Positions 1 through 7,476 of a stretch of DNA of 25,181 bases are shown piece after piece. Position numbers and translations under genes: made by a program. The notes beneath the pieces are model-generated. The model worked only from the letters and a program-made list of their open reading frames with translations. It was not told the DNA's origin and did no database searches. How positions within the stretch are numbered: the first letter of the stretch is position 1; every line of letters starts with the position of its first letter. The DNA comes from a virus (taxonomy: Duplodnaviria > Caudoviricetes), in IMG/VR virus record IMGVR_UViG_3300025112_000171, positions 1 through 25,181 of that record; one strand, 5' to 3'.

Positions 1-1084
1 CTGCCTCCATCAACTTATCTCTCATAAAGTTAACGAATTGGGTGGAGGAGTGTTGTTGAGGTGTATTGTATTCTTGTTCCGCTGCTTTCTTACGGGCTGC
101 TATTCGTCGATCCAATTCTGCTCTACTGGCAGGGCTAAGTTTAGCCCGTTTCTTCCCCTTATACCACTCATTATGGTCCAGAGCCGCTCGTCGTGCCAAA
201 CGGGCATCGACTGGTGCTTCCATCAACTTATCTCTCATAAAGTTAACGAATTGTGTGGAGGAGTTTTGTTGCCTAGCAGCAGCAGCAGCAGCTATAGCCT
301 TTTTCTTCTCAGCCGCATCTGTTCTTCGTTCTGCTGGGGTTCGATGGGCTTCCATCGCGGCTGGCTGATTAGATGCAGCCGAGTAAGTTGTACTTGTAAC
401 TTTAGAACTTCGTGTAGCTACTCTCCCAAGCCTTTCCCGTTGCGCCTCTACGGAAGGCTTTCTTCCCCCCGCTTCATTAGTTACTTCACTTATTAACTCT
501 TCCTTAAGAAGAGTAGTAAAGTTCTTAACCTTTTGGGCTTCTGGGAGAACCCTGTCAATAATTTCTTGAATTTCTGTGGACTCTGTAAGACCAGGATAAG
601 CACCTCTGGTTGAGGGATCAGCAACAATATCCCAAGTAATTAATTTAAAGTCTTCGTTGACATATCTCTTACCGTCTAACTCTTCAGTAACAGTACCCAT
701 ACCCCTTGAAGAAATACCAATCTTTACCCCGCCATCAATAAGAGCCTTAGCTACTTTACCTGAGGGAGTATCTAATATTTCTGCTTCTCCAATAACCTCA
801 TTACCTTTCATATTAAGGCCAGTAATTAAGTGAGAGACATTAGAAAGCTTAACTGAGTCGTGTTGTGGGTGATCTAATTCTCCCATCAACCTTCTTTCAT
901 TCATAGCATCAGCAAGTTTAGTAATTTCTCTTTCTAGAAGAGGCTTTCTGTAAATTCTTTTATTGTTATTTGCTTCGTCTGCTCTTTGGAAACACCCCTG
1001 GATCTTCATAGGACCAGACCCGTTCTTACCTTCGTTAATAACCTGTAGGTTCTCAATAATAAATACGTCTTCTAATAATCTCAT
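1..1084 (-). CDS. Prohead core protease (T4 gp21-like) with long repeat-containing C-terminal extension; 3'-truncated by window edge (>=361 aa)
   Basis: Not in the ORF track. Hand translation from ATG at 1084 (ATGA overlap with upstream stop): MRLLEDVFIIENLQVINEGKNGSGPMKIQGCFQRADEANNNKRIYRKPLLEREI...LMGELDHP...VSHLIT...EILDTPSGK...KIGISSRGMG...EDFKLITWDIVADPSTRGAY. The NxRxY, GELDHP (His72), GISSRG (Ser125/126) and DIVADPS (Asp156) motifs are typical of gp21. No stop codon down to position 1. Confidence 0.95.
   Translation of the reverse strand, partial: MRLLEDVFIIENLQVINEGKNGSGPMKIQGCFQRADEANNNKRIYRKPLLEREITKLADAMNERRLMGELDHPQHDSVKLSNVSHLITGLNMKGNEVIGEAEILDTPSGKVAKALIDGGVKIGISSRGMGTVTEELDGKRYVNEDFKLITWDIVADPSTRGAYPGLTESTEIQEIIDRVLPEAQKVKNFTTLLKEELISEVTNEAGGRKPSVEAQRERLGRVATRSSKVTSTTYSAASNQPAAMEAHRTPAERRTDAAEKKKAIAAAAAARQQNSSTQFVNFMRDKLMEAPVDARLARRAALDHNEWYKGKKRAKLSPASRAELDRRIAARKKAAEQEYNTPQQHSSTQFVNFMRDKLMEA
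2..271 (-). repeat. In-frame 57-bp direct repeat, 2 visible copies (2-58 and 215-271), period 213 bp, encoding QQ[N/H]SSTQFVNFMRDKLMEA
   Basis: 54/57 identical, with a 35-bp identical core TCCATCAACTTATCTCTCATAAAGTTAACGAATTG at 6-40 and 219-253. The offset of 213 bp equals 71 codons. The array may continue beyond the left edge. Confidence 0.95.
275..292 (-). repeat. (GCT)6 trinucleotide run encoding poly-Ala directly before the cassette copy at 215-271
   Basis: The plus strand reads (AGC)6 at 275-292. Confidence 0.85.
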
Positions 1085-1533
1085 TTTTGTCCTCTCGCTT
1101 TGCGGGTTTTTCTCTTGTACTTTTTACCCTTACGGGCTTCTCTTCTAGCTTTAGCAGAGAGCTTCTTAGCTTTCTTACCACCATATTTATGGCTTACTCT
1201 AGAAGCATGATCCTTAACTGATCCCCATTCAGCACTTGGGGTAGCACTTCCTGGTGTAAATCCTTTTGCTATTCTTCCACTAACTACAGACTCTGAATCT
1301 TTCCCACCGTGAGTTCTTTTGGATACTACATAGAGTCTTCGTGATCCTTTAGTAGAAAATATGTGTCCTGGTCCATGGGACTTTAGAGCAGCTTTAATAG
1401 TGGAGTATACTTTAACTCTAGATTTAATAGCTAAGTTACCGCTCTTTCCTTTGGTTTTGTATTTACCTCGACCTGAGGGGTAACGACTACTTTTTTTTTC
1501 GTTAAGTATATTAAGAGCGTCTATTATATCCAC
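1081..1533 (-). CDS. Highly basic hypothetical protein, putative internal head / DNA-binding protein
   Basis: 150 aa with a GTG start. About 42 K+R versus 8 D+E (hand count). A short acidic/hydrophobic leader ends in L-N-E. Its stop overlaps the protease ATG. Confidence 0.7.
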   Translation of the reverse strand: MDIIDALNILNEKKSSRYPSGRGKYKTKGKSGNLAIKSRVKVYSTIKAALKSHGPGHIFSTKGSRRLYVVSKRTHGGKDSESVVSGRIAKGFTPGSATPSAEWGSVKDHASRVSHKYGGKKAKKLSAKARREARKGKKYKRKTRKARGQK

Positions 1534-1963
1534 TTTTTATAACTCGTTTTTTCTTTCTACTTTTTTTTTCACTAAAATTAGGAGGACCAACACCCCCTAC
1601 ACAACTAGTAAAATTTTCTGCCATCATAGCAGCTTCAGAAACCAAGGAAGTTAACTTATTAATAGTCTCAACTAATTCAGACTTAAGACTAGTAATTTTT
1701 TCTTGAAGAAGTTCTTGTTCAGATAGTAAGGGCTCCCTAACGGTTTCCCGCTTAGGAGCCTCACCCACACCAAAAGATTCTTGGAGAACTTGTTCAACCA
1801 TAGAGCCAGGAATAGCAACATCAGATATATCGACATCTGTGGCAGGTAATTCTTTAGGACGAGCAACCTCAGGAGATTGCACCTTCTTAGAAATCTTACC
1901 AGATTCCATTAAAGACATAGCAAAGTCTCCAATGCCTATTCCAGCCTCATCTAATCTACCCAT
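1511..1963 (-). CDS. Hypothetical protein, putative prohead core/scaffold component
   Basis: 150 aa with a coiled-coil-like segment (LLQEKITSLKSELVETINKLTSLV), several L/I-x-E motifs and a basic C-terminus. It lies in the protease operon. Confidence 0.65.
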   Translation of the reverse strand: MGRLDEAGIGIGDFAMSLMESGKISKKVQSPEVARPKELPATDVDISDVAIPGSMVEQVLQESFGVGEAPKRETVREPLLSEQELLQEKITSLKSELVETINKLTSLVSEAAMMAENFTSCVGGVGPPNFSEKKSRKKKRVIKSGYNRRS

Positions 1964-1965
1964 TA

Positions 1966-2376
1966 TTACTCTTCGTCAGCTTCTTCGTTGGTAGCTTCAA
2001 CAATAAGACCAGCTTCAGAAAGAACATCAAGAATTTCTTCTGCGTTCTCAATAATGAAAGACTCTTCAACTTGCTCAGAAATGAGACCAGCTTCCGAGAA
2101 AACTTCCATCATAGAGGCAGCATGCTCTTGAAGGGCTTCATCGGTAAGCTCCTCTTCTAAATGAGCAGCACACAAGGGGCAAGCAAGAGCTTCCTCTTCC
2201 GTAATGCCCTTAGGGTCATTCTTTTTGTTGTCGTAAGCACTCTTACCAACCTCTTTAGCACCTTCCACTTCAGGACCAGCACCCTTAATCTTTTCATCAA
2301 CACGAACTCCAGCCTTGTCCCAACCATTGGACTCAAGTAACTGGCTTACAAAATCATCAGTAACTATTTTATTCAT
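1966..2376 (-). CDS. Acidic hypothetical protein, putative prohead core/scaffold protein
   Basis: The track ORF starts at TTG 2388, but ATG 2376 (MNKIVTDD) follows a GGAGA Shine-Dalgarno and is preferred (136 aa). Very Glu-rich, with many L/I-x-E motifs, a CPLC motif and a duplicated SEAGLIxE. Confidence 0.7.
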   Translation of the reverse strand: MNKIVTDDFVSQLLESNGWDKAGVRVDEKIKGAGPEVEGAKEVGKSAYDNKKNDPKGITEEEALACPLCAAHLEEELTDEALQEHAASMMEVFSEAGLISEQVEESFIIENAEEILDVLSEAGLIVEATNEEADEE

Positions 2377-2381
2377 TTTTT

Positions 2382-2386
2382 TCTCC
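2382..2386 (-). promoter_or_regulatory. Shine-Dalgarno sequence GGAGA for ATG 2376
   Basis: The minus strand reads TTTTTTTT-GGAGA-AAAAA-ATG. Confidence 0.6.
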
Positions 2387-2429
2387 AAAAAAAAGTATGC
2401 GGGAATGTACCCGTCTGTTATTATGTAGA

Positions 2430-2449
2430 CCTCATTAAATTTAATGGGG
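2430..2449. promoter_or_regulatory. Intergenic palindrome (possible operator or RNA hairpin) between tail and head modules
   Basis: Perfect 14-bp palindrome CATTAAATTTAATG at 2433-2446, extendable to CCTC...GGGG with one mismatch. Confidence 0.4.
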
Positions 2450-2470
2450 TATATTTTATAAAAAATTCCT

Positions 2471-2788
2471 TCAATATGCGTATACAGTATAATTAACGAG
2501 GGAAGCCCCTATGGAACCACAGCCAGTATACTTATCTCCAGCCCTAGCTATTTGAACAGGAGTCCCATTAGGGTATACATATACAGTAGATGTATTAACA
2601 TCTAAAGAGGGTAAGTGTGATTCATCACAGTCACTATTATACAGGTGCGATGTAGTGCGGCCACCAACATAATGGACTCCCACCCCACCAACCAAAACAT
2701 CTGATATGACAGATTCACAGGTAGCTGAATCACCACATTCATGCTCTGTTATACTTACTGTATCTCCTGCTAAAGCTACTAAACTCAA
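2471..2788 (-). CDS. PAAR-like spike tip protein (T4 gp5.4-like)
   Basis: 105 aa with three degenerate PAAR/ARxGD repeats (VALAGD, VHYVGG, IARAGD) and candidate metal ligands (three His plus Cys in TGCGS). The TTG start overlaps the upstream TGA. Confidence 0.8.
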   Translation of the reverse strand: MSLVALAGDTVSITEHECGDSATCESVISDVLVGGVGVHYVGGRTTSHLYNSDCDESHLPSLDVNTSTVYVYPNGTPVQIARAGDKYTGCGSIGASLVNYTVYAY

Positions 2789-5466
2789 TTTATTGGCTCC
2801 GGGGTATCTGTTTGGTTATCTAGGGGCTTCTTCTCTAATGTCACATACCCAGATAAAAAGTTTGGGTTATCAATACGAAGGTTATTACTCCTAACTTCTG
2901 TAATCTTTTTAGGATAATTATCATTTACCACAGTAGAAGAGGAAACCTTACCAATACTAATAGCGTGTCTGGTATTGTTCCAATTACTAGACTCTAGATA
3001 TAAATCTTTCATTTTACTTCTATCAATACTATCGTAAACTTCTTTCCAGGTTACGGTGTCATTTTCAAGAACCCAATTTTCTTTAAGATCTTTTAATTTA
3101 GCCAGCAACTGCCTCATTCCAAACTTAGGACGAGGTAACACGGGGTCTGTGCTAGTATATTTATCTAAATCTACTAGAGCAGTAGTATCCAGAGCGTATT
3201 GTATAGTATTAGGATCAACAGTTTTTACACTTACCCCTTTCTGGGGCCAGGGGAACTCTTGTTTTACATACGGAGCATCCCAAATATCACTCTTGTCTGG
3301 GTTTGCGTTAGGTGTAAATTTTAATTCTCTTTCCCCATAGGACATTTGCCTAGAGATGAAATGGTTAGCCACATTCTGATCTTTATCAGAAGGTATAAGC
3401 ACTACTATAGGAGCAATTCTCTTTACATAAATATCATATTGAGGATCATCCTCAAACATATCAAAGGTAAAGTCTTTGGAAGTTATTGAAATTTCCTCTG
3501 CATTAGTAACATAAGTTAGTATGGGATCATCTGCATCAACATAGAATACCATAAAGGGCCACGGAGTAAATTTTATAAGATCAGCTATAGTATCTGTGTT
3601 GGTTTCATAAGTATACCTAGCAGTCGTATTGGCTATAAATGTAGATGTTCTAGATGCATCTGTTACACTATCAGGTATTAAGTTTAAGAAATAATAATCA
3701 TCTCTTTTTTCAGCTACTCCATATCGTTCATCTATTCTAGAAGCTACAGCAGTCTTTACATTCAAAGTATGTGAATACTCATCACCTAATAGGTAACACA
3801 TTTTTTGAAGATCTTCTATTTGTAGTACTCTAGCCCTATCAAACTCTCCAGCAACAGCGATCTCGTCTATATCTCCCCCACTTCTAAGTACTCTTTGTAA
3901 GTTTCCTGGGCTCATAGTGAGAGATCCAGTAGAGTTTAATGGGATAGTATCCCCAACACTGTAATAAAGTTGGCTTGTAGTCCCATTAGAAAGCTTTACT
4001 GGTATGTTTTTCTTCAAATCAGTGGATAAAGTTTTCCATAACTTCATCTGTTGTTGCACAAGACCCTCGTAATCTTCAGATACTAATGGGAAAGAGTTCT
4101 CCCCAGCCATCCGTATAACCTTAGCTTCCGCAGAATGAGACCCTCTAATACCTACAGTATCCCCCCTAGTGGATGGGTGCTTTACTTGTGCAGACTTTAT
4201 ACCTGATAGATAATCAATTAATTCATCTGCATCTATAGCGTATAGCCTATTAGATATTAATAATCTTCGTATAGTACCTAGTACTTCATTTTTAATAGAT
4301 TCTCCTGTTGCAAGTTTTACTTCATTTAATAAATCTACTATATTGTCATTTAAACTTCTTTCTATATTGTAATTACTTAAATTAGTATAAGGAAAATCAG
4401 AAAATAATAGATTACTATTATTATTCATATTATAAACCATAGATATAGAAGAGTGTACTTTCTCTTTAAATAAACCAGAGGGTAAAGATCCCCGACCAAC
4501 CCCTATAAACGAAGTATCTCCTGAGTAATATTTCCTATTACTAATATTTCTTTCAAATACAGGATCAACATAATTATAAGCATACGCAACCTCATCAGGA
4601 TCCACTTCTTCTCCACCGCCTCCTACTCGTTGTTCAAACTCACAATGTTTCTCACAGTCGCTTAACTCTTTATACTGACAGCCAAAAATACAACTCTTCG
4701 CTGTTGGAGGATCACATTTCCACTTAGGGGGTCCTAGGCATTCGAAGCATAGATGTTTACAATTAGCACCTACATTACAAAGTAGCTCAGTTTTATAGGA
4801 AAATGGGGGGCACTTACCAGTAATCGGATCAGCATAAACATCCATCACGCAGCAAGTTCCAAATCCTGGCTCTGGTGATGGGCAACGCCAACACACAGGG
4901 TGTGATGGGGGGGGAGCAGGGGGTACTGGGGGAGGAGTTACTATATTAGTACAAAACGCCTCGCAAGTGTCCTTCTTTGGGTAGATATCGTTACAAATTT
5001 TACCCTTTTCACATACCTTATCATAACATTCATTACCCTCAAAAAGAGTAACCCCTTCACAATCCTTAGTTTTATTATTACATGTCCATCCTTTACAATG
5101 TTTGGTAGTCGGTCCTGGTGTTGGGGGACCTCCTCCTCCTTTTGGTCCACCACAACCATTGTCAGCTAATAAACATGCAGCAGGAGAAGAATACCATAAT
5201 GCTTGTCCATCATCATATGTTGGGGGGTTAGCGGTACAAACACTACCCCACTCATCCTGCCAAGGAATCATGGTCATAGTACAATTAGCTAATGGGGTAG
5301 CGGGATCATGGCAATTCCAATAAGGAACAGCGTCACAATCATGTCCAGGGTTACATTCGTCCCCATCACAGGTAGAATCAAAAGTTCCACCTCCCCCAGC
5401 ACCCTGTTCTCCAGGTGGAAAAGTTCCAGGAGGTCTAAGTGAACATGCTATCCATGAATCAGCCAT
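2785..5466 (-). CDS. Hypothetical virion-associated protein with Cys/Pro-rich repeated N-terminal region
   Basis: 893 aa. 31 Cys in the first ~275 aa versus 1 in the remainder, with Pro/Gly linkers. No recognisable family for the C-terminal ~600 aa. Confidence 0.8.
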   Translation of the reverse strand: MADSWIACSLRPPGTFPPGEQGAGGGGTFDSTCDGDECNPGHDCDAVPYWNCHDPATPLANCTMTMIPWQDEWGSVCTANPPTYDDGQALWYSSPAACLLADNGCGGPKGGGGPPTPGPTTKHCKGWTCNNKTKDCEGVTLFEGNECYDKVCEKGKICNDIYPKKDTCEAFCTNIVTPPPVPPAPPPSHPVCWRCPSPEPGFGTCCVMDVYADPITGKCPPFSYKTELLCNVGANCKHLCFECLGPPKWKCDPPTAKSCIFGCQYKELSDCEKHCEFEQRVGGGGEEVDPDEVAYAYNYVDPVFERNISNRKYYSGDTSFIGVGRGSLPSGLFKEKVHSSISMVYNMNNNSNLLFSDFPYTNLSNYNIERSLNDNIVDLLNEVKLATGESIKNEVLGTIRRLLISNRLYAIDADELIDYLSGIKSAQVKHPSTRGDTVGIRGSHSAEAKVIRMAGENSFPLVSEDYEGLVQQQMKLWKTLSTDLKKNIPVKLSNGTTSQLYYSVGDTIPLNSTGSLTMSPGNLQRVLRSGGDIDEIAVAGEFDRARVLQIEDLQKMCYLLGDEYSHTLNVKTAVASRIDERYGVAEKRDDYYFLNLIPDSVTDASRTSTFIANTTARYTYETNTDTIADLIKFTPWPFMVFYVDADDPILTYVTNAEEISITSKDFTFDMFEDDPQYDIYVKRIAPIVVLIPSDKDQNVANHFISRQMSYGERELKFTPNANPDKSDIWDAPYVKQEFPWPQKGVSVKTVDPNTIQYALDTTALVDLDKYTSTDPVLPRPKFGMRQLLAKLKDLKENWVLENDTVTWKEVYDSIDRSKMKDLYLESSNWNNTRHAISIGKVSSSTVVNDNYPKKITEVRSNNLRIDNPNFLSGYVTLEKKPLDNQTDTPEPIN

Positions 5467-5481
5467 ATTCTATGTTCCACT

Positions 5482-7476
5482 TTAACCAGCACCAATTACA
5501 ATTTTTTCTAAGTAAGTATAGCCTCTAATAGAAAGAGACCACTTTACACTAGTTTTATAATCAGGATCCGTTCCAGGGGGCGACATAGATGTATCAAACG
5601 AAATCTTACCGTTTGGATCATTCTCATCATCTGGGTTGTCTAAGACAAACGATATTGGGAGTCTAGTCTCGTTATTAGCATGTCCGTAAGTACCAAAACT
5701 GTAAAACGATTTTATTTCTTGCCAATAGGGGTTCCCAGCAGCCCTGTATTGAAGGGTGTTTGTGTTCCCACCGTCCTTCTCCCAGGCCCGAACATATAAT
5801 TGAATTGAAGTTACCGTTTCTCTATGCTCTTCGGCAATGGCTTCTGTTACATCCCAAGTTGTGAAGTTTCCCTCAACATCGTTTCTCCCACCCATCTGGT
5901 TATATGACTTATCTCTGCATACCAAAAACTTATGTCCTGGTTCGTTATTCACTACTAGGGGATTTTGATACCATTGGGGAAATACGGCTCTTTCAATTTC
6001 AAAAGTATTACCAACAACTACTGGGATAGTATCATTAAGTTCAGTTATTCTTCGCTGTACATCACGATCAGTTACATAAGGATTAGCTAAGGAAGCAGGG
6101 GGATTAGCAGCAGCCAAACCAGCCCTCTCGTTATAAGTTAATTCAGCAGTCCTAAAGAAAGGTCTGATATCTAATAGATTATCATTACTAAGACTAGTAG
6201 CCCCGTTCTGCACAAATATATATGCTATAGGTAACACAGACTGTCCTATATGAGAGAGAGATGGAGTGCCATGTAATTCATCAGCTAGGTAAGGAGCTAG
6301 ATTCATTAAATCGTCTGGGCTTGGGAAGTTAGTAAATACTCCAGCAGTACCAATATCCTTATTATGATCACCGATGGGGGAAGTTATTTGAGTGTTACCA
6401 AACTGATCAAAAGACTCATTAATATCTCTCTGTAAGAAATTACCTACCGTCTTTCTAGCATCACCGTATTTGTCTTCCTGTAGGAAAGTAGAATCAACCT
6501 TATCTCCAGTCCATGTTTGACCATCCATACTCTTAGCATACAAGCTCACTACTCCAGCCCCCTTAACAATGCCCAAGGCTGGTTTAGTTAGGGTAACTGG
6601 AGTTGTTGTATCTAGTGCTTTAGCAATAGTAGTAGCCGAAGCATCTATAGGTACAGTATAAATAAACAGTAAATCAACCCTTACTGAAGGGACAAAACTT
6701 GTATCCTCAATAGGATAATCCCCCTCTGAAAATTCAGGTATAATAATATCTAATTGGTTTTCCACATTTACTAATGCAGTTCTGAATGGTGCGCCCCACG
6801 CTCTAGTGAATTCAACTGCTAATTGTTGGAGGTCTGTAGCGGTTGGGAATGCCCAAGTACGAGTAGTGGTATCTTGTTGCCATAAAGCCAATTTTAATTT
6901 TGGTATATCGTATATTCCTTCCGCTAGATTTTTTTGATCAAAAGTATATCCAGGACCATACGGGATGTCGCTACCCACATAGTTGGCTGCATGAGATTGT
7001 AAATGATCATACAAACCATTATTATTTAATATACCAGCAGTAGTCTGTCCAACTAAGTTAAATAAAACACTATCAGATAACTCTACAGATTTTTGTGTAT
7101 CAAAAATAGAAGCATCATAATTAGTTTTAGCATCAACTATTAGTTTTGATATGCCAGTCTTGTAAGCATCATTTACCCTGCCCATAAAATTCCCAGGCTT
7201 GACACTTACTTCCATACCATTCCCAGCAAAAGGACGCAATTCTGTAAACTCCTTACGACCTATATCACCAGTAGAAGTTCCTGCTCCTATCATGCCAACC
7301 TGATCTTTAAGCCACAGAATATTTTCCTGTACTTGTTTAAGAGGAATATTATCTACCTCCCAATAGTAAGGATCATTAGCTTTAAAATATCGGATGGGGT
7401 CCGTAAATTTATAGGTACTGGGGTTATAAGTTACATTTGCCCCACCCTGATTATCTCCAAAAGTATCATCAGCCAT
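5482..7476 (-). CDS. Putative tail fibre / baseplate-associated protein
   Basis: 664 aa. The N-terminal YYWEVDNIPLKQVQENILWLK resembles the N-x-P-x3-L-x2-R-T-x-[WY]-L motif common at the start of tail fibre proteins. A short coiled-coil-like segment (DVQRRITELND) precedes a C-terminal beta-rich domain. Confidence 0.55.
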   Translation of the reverse strand: MADDTFGDNQGGANVTYNPSTYKFTDPIRYFKANDPYYWEVDNIPLKQVQENILWLKDQVGMIGAGTSTGDIGRKEFTELRPFAGNGMEVSVKPGNFMGRVNDAYKTGISKLIVDAKTNYDASIFDTQKSVELSDSVLFNLVGQTTAGILNNNGLYDHLQSHAANYVGSDIPYGPGYTFDQKNLAEGIYDIPKLKLALWQQDTTTRTWAFPTATDLQQLAVEFTRAWGAPFRTALVNVENQLDIIIPEFSEGDYPIEDTSFVPSVRVDLLFIYTVPIDASATTIAKALDTTTPVTLTKPALGIVKGAGVVSLYAKSMDGQTWTGDKVDSTFLQEDKYGDARKTVGNFLQRDINESFDQFGNTQITSPIGDHNKDIGTAGVFTNFPSPDDLMNLAPYLADELHGTPSLSHIGQSVLPIAYIFVQNGATSLSNDNLLDIRPFFRTAELTYNERAGLAAANPPASLANPYVTDRDVQRRITELNDTIPVVVGNTFEIERAVFPQWYQNPLVVNNEPGHKFLVCRDKSYNQMGGRNDVEGNFTTWDVTEAIAEEHRETVTSIQLYVRAWEKDGGNTNTLQYRAAGNPYWQEIKSFYSFGTYGHANNETRLPISFVLDNPDDENDPNGKISFDTSMSPPGTDPDYKTSVKWSLSIRGYTYLEKIVIGAG

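Noticed and set aside
132-147. Inverted repeat GGGCTAA-GT-TTAGCCC
   Set aside because: Inside the protease CDS, single occurrence, and no U-tract on the coding strand; cannot be supported as a terminator.
2-271. Repeat-spacer-repeat pattern as a CRISPR array
   Set aside because: The 57-bp repeat and 156-bp spacer are too long, the period is a multiple of 3 within an open frame, two of three mismatches are synonymous, and no cas genes are present.
38-496. Plus-strand ORFs 38-496 and 66-368
   Set aside because: Antisense shadows of the protease extension; their sequences are implausible as proteins.
1487-1570. Two GAAAAAAAAAGTAG (A9) runs as a programmed frameshift fusing ORF 1511-1963 to ORF 1081-1533
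   Set aside because: The downstream gene's frame has a TAA at 1539-1537, between the first A9 run and its GTG start, so no fusion is possible. Both runs simply encode EKKS.
2377-2388. TTG start at 2388 given by the ORF track
   Set aside because: It overlaps the GGAGA SD; ATG 2376 is the better start.
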